Positions 57,711 through 64,000 of a DNA stretch of 64,000 nt are shown in pieces (positions within the stretch are counted from its first letter, which is position 1; every line of letters starts with the position of its first letter). The DNA comes from Clostridia bacterium (lineage in GTDB: Bacteria; Bacillota; Clostridia; Christensenellales; Borkfalkiaceae), in assembly GCA_021204585.1 (NCBI GenBank), contig JAJPZC010000163.1, positions 7,388 to 71,387 of the forward strand, written 5' to 3'. The notes beneath the pieces were generated by a model, which was given only the letters and a program-made list of their open reading frames with translations, ran no database searches and was not told the DNA's origin. A program made the translations under genes and the position numbers.

Positions 57711-58800
57711 GGGGGTCAGCATAGAACAGTACCTGTATGACGGCATAACCGGCATACTGAAGCGTGAGGCCAGGGCCTTCTTCTCCAACCACAGGGAGTC
57801 CGTCTTCATTGCCAGATACGCAAAGGCCGCAAAGAAGGCTTCGGAGAAGCGTGCGGCGGCGGAGAAGGAAGGGACCAGCGTGCCCGCCTTTCTCATAGCC
57901 AGCATAACGTCCGTCTGCAACCTGCACTGCGCGGGGTGCTACGCAAGGGCAATGGATGCATGCAATGACAGCGCCCCCTCGCAGCAGATGACGGCGGAGG
58001 AGTGGGGCAAGGTCTTCCAGGAGTCAAAAGACCTGGGGATATCCTTCATTCTTCTGGCCGGCGGGGAGCCTCTCATACGCAAGGACGTCCTGCGTGAGGC
58101 GGCCAAATACCCGCAGATTCTGTTCCCCGTCTTCACCAACGGAACGCTCCTGCACGGGGAGTGCATGGACCTTCTGGACAGCAGCCGCAACCTTGTGCCC
58201 GTCATAAGCCTTGAAGGCGGCAGGGAGGCAACAGAGGCAAGGCGCGGAAAGGGCACGTACCAGTACCTGGAGAAGGATATGGCAGAGATGAAGTCCAGGG
58301 GGATTCTCTTCGGCGCCTCGGTTACCGTCACCACAAAGAACATGGCAGAGGTCCTTTCGGATGAGTTCGTGGACGACCTTTCCGCCAAGGGATGCTCTGT
58401 GGTCATATATGTGGAGTACGTGCCTGCGGAAAGCGGCACGGAGGACCTGGCTCCCGGAGATGCAGACAGGGCCGTCATGAATGAGCGGCTCACAGTCCTC
58501 CGCCGGCGCATGGACAAGATGGTCTTCCTCTCATTCCCCGGAGACGAGGTTGCCACCAGCGGCTGCCTTGCGGCCGGCAGGGGCTTCTTCCACATCAACT
58601 CTCACGGCGGCGCAGAGCCCTGCCCGTTCTCGCCCATATCAGACACAAACGTCAGGGATGTCGGCGTTGCCGGCGCCTTGAAGTCCGGCCTGTTCCAGGC
58701 TCTCAGGGAGAGCGGCCTGCAGGAGGAAAGCCACAGCGGCGGCTGTGCCCTCTTTGGCAAGGAAGAGCGCATCCGTGAGCTCATTAACAAGGAGTCATAA
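57703..58800 (+). CDS. Radical SAM protein, substrate unknown
   Basis: 365 aa from MSEGVSIE; CNLHCAGCYA (CX3CX2C) about 90 aa from the N-terminus; GGEPL; additional C-terminal Cys (GCLAAG, PCPFSP, GGCALFG); 8-nt overlap with the flavodoxin gene. Confidence 0.85.
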   Translation: MSEGVSIEQYLYDGITGILKREARAFFSNHRESVFIARYAKAAKKASEKRAAAEKEGTSVPAFLIASITSVCNLHCAGCYARAMDACNDSAPSQQMTAEEWGKVFQESKDLGISFILLAGGEPLIRKDVLREAAKYPQILFPVFTNGTLLHGECMDLLDSSRNLVPVISLEGGREATEARRGKGTYQYLEKDMAEMKSRGILFGASVTVTTKNMAEVLSDEFVDDLSAKGCSVVIYVEYVPAESGTEDLAPGDADRAVMNERLTVLRRRMDKMVFLSFPGDEVATSGCLAAGRGFFHINSHGGAEPCPFSPISDTNVRDVGVAGALKSGLFQALRESGLQEESHSGGCALFGKEERIRELINKES

Positions 58801-58998
58801 GCTCAGCTTACAGCAAATCATTATGCACTTTGCACAAGACCCGTCCCGTACCCTGCGGAGGCGGGCCTTATTGTTGCGGCTCCCATGCGGGATTTGCGTC
58901 TGGACACCATTGTTTGTTGCTTGTTATCATTATAGGGGCCGCATTTGTGCGGGCAGCGCACAACGGGAAGTGTTTTGCGCTTTTGTGGTAAAAAGTGT

Positions 58999-59027
58999 TT
59001 GGCATTTTGCATAAGGCGTGCTATACT
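58999..59027 (+). promoter_or_regulatory. Candidate promoter of the hydrogenase operon
   Basis: TTGGCA, 17-nt spacer, TATACT. Confidence 0.45.
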
Positions 59028-59139
59028 TATTAAGTAATCGTATATCTATTCAGACAGATGGATGTTATATGGCGTAAAGGCCGGCAAGAGGCGCCCGGGA
59101 GGCGGCAGGCCGGCAGTATATTAAGATGAGGAGATGTTA

Positions 59140-59625
59140 ATGGCACAGATTCTTTTTGAGGACACTGAAGAGCAGCATGAAAAGCTCATGAAGTGCATAG
59201 GAAAGCATCGCGGCGAGAGAGGGGCGCTTATGCCTGTTCTTCATGAGGCGCAGGATATCTACGGATACCTGCCGTATGAGGTGCAGACGCTCATTGCCAC
59301 AGAGCTGGGTGTTTCCCTTGCGGAAGTGTTCGGTGTCGCAACGTTCTATTCCCGCTTCTCCCTTACACCCAAGGGGAAGCACCAGGTATCCGTATGCCTG
59401 GGCACGGCATGTTATGTCAAGGGATCGGACAAGGTGCTGGACGAGGTTGAAAAGGAGCTTGGAATCAAGTGCGGCGAGTGCAAAGAGGACAGAAGCTTCT
59501 CGCTGGACAGCTGCAGGTGCGTCGGTGCGTGCGGACTGGCTCCCGTCATGATAGTGGACGGGGAAGTGTACGGAAGAATGACAGCGGCCCAGGTAAAGGG
59601 CATACTGGACAAGCACAAGGACTGA
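59140..59625 (+). CDS. hydC: NuoE-like [2Fe-2S] subunit of a trimeric [FeFe] hydrogenase
   Basis: 161 aa; CLGTACYVKG ... CRCVGACGLAPVM; GAGGAG RBS 6 nt upstream. Confidence 0.88.
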   Translation: MAQILFEDTEEQHEKLMKCIGKHRGERGALMPVLHEAQDIYGYLPYEVQTLIATELGVSLAEVFGVATFYSRFSLTPKGKHQVSVCLGTACYVKGSDKVLDEVEKELGIKCGECKEDRSFSLDSCRCVGACGLAPVMIVDGEVYGRMTAAQVKGILDKHKD

Positions 59626-59641
59626 GGCGGAGGAAAATGGT

Positions 59642-61534
59642 ATGACAAGAGAAGAGCTTGCTAAGATCGCCGCCGAAGGCGCAGACAAAATCAATGTGAG
59701 AAGACTGGTTCGTGAGCAGGCCGAAAAGCTGGCTCCCCAGACCGGATACAGAAAGCAGGTGCTGGTGTGCGGAGGCACCGGATGCACATCCTCACACTCA
59801 CTCAAGGTAATAGAGCAGCTTGAGGCCAGCCTCAAGGAGCTTGAGATTGATGACGTGCTCATCGTAAAGACCGGATGCTTCGGCCTCTGCGCTCTGGGAC
59901 CCATCATGATAGTTTACCCCGAGGGCGCTTTCTATCCCCACATGACCCCGGAGCATGTGAAGACCGTTGCAGAGAAGCACCTTGTTCCCGGCGGAGAGCC
60001 CGTGAAGGACCTCCTGTTCCAGGAGACAGTGAAGGAGGACGGCACCATAATGCCGTTTGCCGAAGTGCCTTTCTACAAGCACCAGATGAGAATAGCCTTG
60101 AGGAACTGCGGCGTGATAGCTGCGGAGGACATAAGGGAGGCCATTGCGGCAGGAGACTATTCCGCCCTTGCAAAGGTGCTCTTTGAGATGACCCCGGACG
60201 AGGTCATAGCGGAAGTCAAGAAGGCGGGCCTCCGCGGCCGCGGCGGCGCAGGATTCCCCACGGGAGTAAAGTGGCAGTCCTGCAAGGATGCGAAGGGAGA
60301 CGTGAAGTACATCTGCTGCAACGCAGACGAGGGAGACCCCGGAGCGTTCATGGACAGGTCCGTTCTTGAGGGAGACCCCAACACCGTCCTTGAGGCCATG
60401 ACCATAGCCGGCTACGTTGTAAACGCCCACCAGGGCTTCATATACGTCCGTGCGGAGTACCCCATTGCCGTGGACAGGCTGAATATTGCCATCGCCCAGG
60501 CCAGAGAGTTAGGGCTCCTCGGCAAGAACATTTTGGGCAGCGGGTTTGACTTTGACATCGAGATAAGGCTTGGCGCAGGCGCATTCGTATGTGGCGAAGA
60601 GACCGCCCTTATGGAGAGCATAGAGGGCAAGCGCGGTGAGCCCAGGCCCAGACCGCCTTTCTCTGCGCAGAGCGGCGTGTACAGGAAGCCTACCGTCCTC
60701 AACAACGTTGAGACGTGGGCCAGCATCAACCCCATCCTTACAAAGGGCGCAGACTGGTTTGCATCCATCGGAACCGCAAAGAGCCACGGCACCAAGGTGT
60801 TCGCTCTCGGCGGAAAGATAAACAATGTAGGCCTTGTGGAAGTTCCCATGGGAACAACCTTGAGGACCATCATATATGACATCGGCGGCGGCATCCCCAA
60901 CGGCAAGAAGTTCAAGGCGGCCCAGACAGGCGGCCCTTCCGGCGGATGCATACCGGCAAAGTACCTGGATGTCGGAATGGACTTTGACAACCTCGTTGCC
61001 ATCGGCTCCATGATGGGATCAGGCGGACTTATCGTAATGGACGAGGACACCTGCATGGTGGACATCGCCAAGTTCTACCTGGAGTTCACGGCAGACGAGA
61101 GCTGCGGAAAGTGCATACCCTGCAGAGTAGGCACCAAGAGGCTTTTGGAGCTCCTCCAGAAGATCTGCGACGGCAAGGGAGAGCCGGATGACCTCGTAAA
61201 GGTCAAAGAGATTGCCCAGCACATGAAGACATCTTCACTGTGCGCACTCGGGCAGTCCGCTCCCAACCCCATACTCTCCACGATGGAGCACTTCGAGGAT
61301 GAGTACTGGGCTCACATTTACGAAAAGAGATGCCCTGCGGGCGTCTGCAAAGCGCTTCTCAATTACTATATCCAGCCGGACAAGTGCCGCGGCTGCACTC
61401 TGTGTGCACGCAACTGCCCTGCAAAGGCAATTTCCGGCACCGTCAAAGAGCCTCATGTGATAGACACCACCAAGTGCATCAAGTGCGGCCTCTGCATGTC
61501 CAACTGCCGCTTCGGCGCTATAATCAAGAGGTGA
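59642..61534 (+). CDS. hydB: NuoF-like FMN/NAD(H)-binding subunit of a trimeric [FeFe] hydrogenase
   Basis: 630 aa; N-terminal VCGGTGCTSS, GRGGAGFPTG, C-terminal 2x[4Fe-4S] CRGCTLCARNCP / CIKCGLCMSNC. Confidence 0.92.
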   Translation: MTREELAKIAAEGADKINVRRLVREQAEKLAPQTGYRKQVLVCGGTGCTSSHSLKVIEQLEASLKELEIDDVLIVKTGCFGLCALGPIMIVYPEGAFYPHMTPEHVKTVAEKHLVPGGEPVKDLLFQETVKEDGTIMPFAEVPFYKHQMRIALRNCGVIAAEDIREAIAAGDYSALAKVLFEMTPDEVIAEVKKAGLRGRGGAGFPTGVKWQSCKDAKGDVKYICCNADEGDPGAFMDRSVLEGDPNTVLEAMTIAGYVVNAHQGFIYVRAEYPIAVDRLNIAIAQARELGLLGKNILGSGFDFDIEIRLGAGAFVCGEETALMESIEGKRGEPRPRPPFSAQSGVYRKPTVLNNVETWASINPILTKGADWFASIGTAKSHGTKVFALGGKINNVGLVEVPMGTTLRTIIYDIGGGIPNGKKFKAAQTGGPSGGCIPAKYLDVGMDFDNLVAIGSMMGSGGLIVMDEDTCMVDIAKFYLEFTADESCGKCIPCRVGTKRLLELLQKICDGKGEPDDLVKVKEIAQHMKTSSLCALGQSAPNPILSTMEHFEDEYWAHIYEKRCPAGVCKALLNYYIQPDKCRGCTLCARNCPAKAISGTVKEPHVIDTTKCIKCGLCMSNCRFGAIIKR

Positions 61535-61539
61535 GAGAT

Positions 61540-63258
61540 ATGGTAAATCTGAAGATAAACGGAATACCGGTATGCGTGCCGGAAGGATCCACAATACTTG
61601 AAGCGGCAAGAGCCGCCGGCATCAGAATCCCCACCATGTGCTACCTCAAGGACGTCCAGTGCGTAGGCGCCTGCCGTCTCTGCCTTGTGGAAGCCACAGG
61701 AGCGCGCGGCCTCGTTGCAGCCTGCGTGTATCCCGTAGCGGAGGGGATGGAAGTAAAGACCAACACTTTGAAGGCCCGCAGGTCCAGAAAGACCACAATA
61801 GAGCTCCTTCTTTCCACGCACAGGAAGAAGTGCCTCTCATGCGTGCGCTCCGGCAAGTGTGAGCTGCAGAAGCTTGCGCAGGAGTACAACTGCGACGAAG
61901 ACCGCTTCGCCTCAGACAACACCCCTCAGCCCATAGATGACTTGTCCCTGTCCATTGTCAGGGATTCATCCAAATGCGTGCGCTGCATGAGATGTGTCGC
62001 AGCCTGCGAGAAGCAGACCATCTCTGCGATCGGCCCCATCAACCGCGGCTATGCCAAGAACGTAGGTTCTCCTTTCGGCGAGTCCCTGGCAGACACCCCG
62101 TGCGTAAACTGCGGCCAGTGCGTCGTTGCCTGCCCCGTTGGAGCTCTGTATGAGAAGAGCAACACGGCAATAATCTGGGACAAGATTGAAGACCCGGACG
62201 TGCAGGTTGCTTTCGTAACGGCACCTTCCGTCCGCGCCACCCTCGGCGAAGCCTTCGGCCTTCCCGCAGGCACCAACTGCGAAGGCAAGATGGTAACCGC
62301 CATAAAGCAGCTGGGTGAGACATCCATGTGCTTCAACATGGACGTCACCGCAGACCTCACCATAATGGAGGAGGCCACGGAGCTCATGAGCCGTCTTAAA
62401 AACGGCGGCAAGCTGCCCATGTTCACAAGCTGCTGCCCGGCTTGGGTAAAGTTCGTTGAAAGCTACTATCCTGAGTTCACGGACAACCTTTCCACCTGCA
62501 AGTCCCCTCAGGAGATGTTCTCTGCAGTCCTCAAGACATACTACTGCGAGAAGAACGGCATAGACCCCAAGAACCTCTTCGTGGTCTCCGTAATCCCCTG
62601 CACGGCAAAGAAATTTGAGTGCCAGCGTCCCGAAGAGGGCGGATACACTGACATGGCCATAACCACCCGTGAGCTCTCCCGCATGATATCCGAGGCCTCC
62701 CTGAACTTTGCAGATCTTCCGGACACCCCGTTCGATGACCCCTTCGGCACCGCCACAGGAGCCGGCGCCATCTTCGGCGCAACCGGCGGAGTAATGGAAG
62801 CGGCGCTCCGCACCGCAGCCCTCAAACTGGACGGCAAGGCAGCACCCTTGAAGTTCCACGAAGTGCGCGGAACGCAGGGCATCAAGGAAGCCACATACCT
62901 TCTCCGCGGCGCAGAGATCTCTGTAGCCGTAGCCTCCGGCCTCGGCAACGCCCGCAAGGTCATGGAGATGATAAAGAACGGAGAGAAGAACTATACCTTC
63001 GTCGAAATCATGGCATGCCCCGGCGGCTGCGTAAACGGCGGCGGCCAGCCCTACGTCCATGACGAAGTGCGCAACAACTACGACCTCAAGGCCCTCCGTG
63101 CGCAGGTTCTCTACGACAGCGACCGCAAGAACAAGCTGCGCCGCTCCGACTCCAGCCCCGCAGTCAACAAGCTCTACAAGGAGTACTTCGGCGCTCCGAA
63201 CTCCCCGAAGGCCCACGAACTCCTTCACACCCACTACGTAAAGCGCCGTCTCTACTGA
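61540..63258 (+). CDS. hydA: [FeFe] hydrogenase catalytic subunit
   Basis: 572 aa from MVNLKINGIP; plant-type 2Fe-2S N-terminus; H-cluster motifs FTSCCPAW, IPCTAKKFE, MACPGGCVNGGGQP. Confidence 0.95.
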   Translation: MVNLKINGIPVCVPEGSTILEAARAAGIRIPTMCYLKDVQCVGACRLCLVEATGARGLVAACVYPVAEGMEVKTNTLKARRSRKTTIELLLSTHRKKCLSCVRSGKCELQKLAQEYNCDEDRFASDNTPQPIDDLSLSIVRDSSKCVRCMRCVAACEKQTISAIGPINRGYAKNVGSPFGESLADTPCVNCGQCVVACPVGALYEKSNTAIIWDKIEDPDVQVAFVTAPSVRATLGEAFGLPAGTNCEGKMVTAIKQLGETSMCFNMDVTADLTIMEEATELMSRLKNGGKLPMFTSCCPAWVKFVESYYPEFTDNLSTCKSPQEMFSAVLKTYYCEKNGIDPKNLFVVSVIPCTAKKFECQRPEEGGYTDMAITTRELSRMISEASLNFADLPDTPFDDPFGTATGAGAIFGATGGVMEAALRTAALKLDGKAAPLKFHEVRGTQGIKEATYLLRGAEISVAVASGLGNARKVMEMIKNGEKNYTFVEIMACPGGCVNGGGQPYVHDEVRNNYDLKALRAQVLYDSDRKNKLRRSDSSPAVNKLYKEYFGAPNSPKAHELLHTHYVKRRLY

Positions 63259-63290
63259 TTCCAATTCATTGACATCTTAATATACAAAAA

Positions 63291-63327
63291 CACCCTCTGC
63301 CCAAACCCGGGCAGGGGGTGTTTTCTT
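63291..63327 (+). terminator. Strong rho-independent terminator
   Basis: CACCCTCTGCCC / GGGCAGGGGGTG 12-bp stem with 6-nt loop, followed by TTTTCTTT. Confidence 0.8.
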
Positions 63328-63454
63328 TCTCGCAGTACAACCATAGCGCAGCTTCTGCTGCGTTCAGAGCGCTTCGTTTCACCAAAGGCCCCCGCACACA
63401 AATTCGGGGCACAATATGGCTTATATAACGGCTCAGACGGCCTCACAGGGCCCC

Positions 63455-63661
63455 TCAGGAGCGGTCCTGCGTCTCTATCTCATCCAGCTTGTCCAGATAG
63501 TCCTCCACGGCGGCCTGGAAGGCCTTCTCCAGCTCTTCCAGAGAATGCCCCTCATACGTTACAGTGGTCTCCAGACCCAGCACCTTTCCATAATACCTGC
63601 CGTGTCCGGCCTCTTCAATACTTCCGGTGCATCCGAGATACTTCATTGTTGTCTTGCACAT
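63455..63661 (-). CDS. HicB-like N-terminal-domain-only protein
   Basis: 68 aa (or 63 from MKYLG); YYGKVLGLETTVTYEGHSLEELEKAFQAAVEDYL parallels the upstream HicB-like gene; no DNA-binding tail. Confidence 0.55.
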   Translation of the reverse strand: MCKTTMKYLGCTGSIEEAGHGRYYGKVLGLETTVTYEGHSLEELEKAFQAAVEDYLDKLDEIETQDRS

Positions 63662-63703
63662 AATAATCTGTCTCCAATCCCATCTGCTCTCTCATCCCAG
63701 GCC

Positions 63704-64000
63704 TCAAGATCCGGCTTTGGCGCACCTTCTGGCCAGTTCGTTGCGCACGGACTCCTCCACAAAGCTGTTGAGGCTCATGTCATGAGACAAGGCGTATGCA
63801 GCAGCTCTTCTGTGGAGCTCCGGCTCCATCCTTACATTGAAGGTTCCCTTGTATGCCTTCTCCGGGCGCACCCCTTTCTCTTCGCAGAGGGAGAGGTATG
63901 AGTCCACGGCGTCATGGAAGTCCTTCACGAGTTCATCCCCCGTGTGGCCTTCATATGATATGAGCGCCTGGACACCCAGGACCTTGCCGTAAAACAGCCT
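63704..64000 (-). CDS. hicB: HicB-family antitoxin-like protein (5' end outside the window)
   Basis: The frame stays open to the window edge: ..FYGKVLGVQALISYEGHTGDELVKDFHDAVDSYL.. then an RHH-like tail NVRMEPELHRRAAAYALSHDMSLNSFVEESV. Confidence 0.65.
   Translation of the reverse strand, partial: RLFYGKVLGVQALISYEGHTGDELVKDFHDAVDSYLSLCEEKGVRPEKAYKGTFNVRMEPELHRRAAAYALSHDMSLNSFVEESVRNELARRCAKAGS

Noticed and set aside
58823-59014. 63-codon Cys-containing ORF downstream of the radical-SAM gene as a possible RiPP precursor.
   Set aside because: No Shine-Dalgarno sequence, an Arg-rich composition unlike real genes here, and overlap with the hydrogenase promoter region. Not supported.
58801-59133. 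Search for a Rex operator (TTGTGAA-N4-TTCACAA type) upstream of hydCBA, given rex in the window.
   Set aside because: No acceptable match was seen by eye there or upstream of rex. The partial TGAAATTTCA palindrome at about 40125 does not fit the spacing.
1-64000. Scan for tRNA T-loop (GGTTCGAnTCC-like), rRNA, CRISPR repeats, IS inverted repeats, and integrase or transposase ORFs.
   Set aside because: None was recognised. The window appears to be chromosomal backbone with a few small possible insertions.

Overview
GC-rich, Clostridia-like (Firmicutes) chromosomal segment. I call about 54 protein genes, almost all on the + strand. No rRNA, tRNA, CRISPR array, transposase, integrase or phage structural gene was recognised. 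Content in order: feoA-feoA-feoB plus a Cys-rich partner; aspartate aminotransferase; a mini P-loop protein; thrC; an HExxH membrane protein; trpS; a DUF5685-like / J-like gene pair; an alpha/beta hydrolase; a membrane protein; an orphan two-domain (FokI-type) adenine methyltransferase; rlmD; an aldo-keto reductase; an AlbA_2/Schlafen-type protein; a thioesterase; bcp; glpK; a RimK-like ligase and MscS (- strand); an HNH-like protein; nrdD-nrdG; dut; two paralogous small membrane proteins (-); ROK glucokinase; rex; a 1453-aa RND transporter translationally coupled to kptA; degV; a membrane GT2; an acyltransferase and a Tyr-phosphatase (-); pstS / fused pstCA / pstB with a PhoP/PhoR-like two-component pair; a truncated AlbA_2-less regulator; marR plus two ABC exporter genes; hxlR (-) divergent from a flavodoxin / radical-SAM pair; the trimeric HydABC-type [FeFe] hydrogenase; and tandem HicB-like genes (-, running off the window). 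Items most worth follow-up: (1) the uncharacterised DUF5685-like plus HPD-less J-like/poly-Cys pair; (2) a ~115-bp nested dyad built from eight TCGA cores with mirror-symmetric spacing upstream of marR; (3) a DnaA-box cluster upstream of nrdDG; (4) the orphan double-DPPY methyltransferase sitting behind a 36-bp tandem duplication and three hairpins; (5) the giant repeat-containing RND pump coupled by ATGA to RNA 2'-phosphotransferase; (6) the flavodoxin / radical-SAM pair. All functional calls rest on motif recognition by eye. No searches were run.
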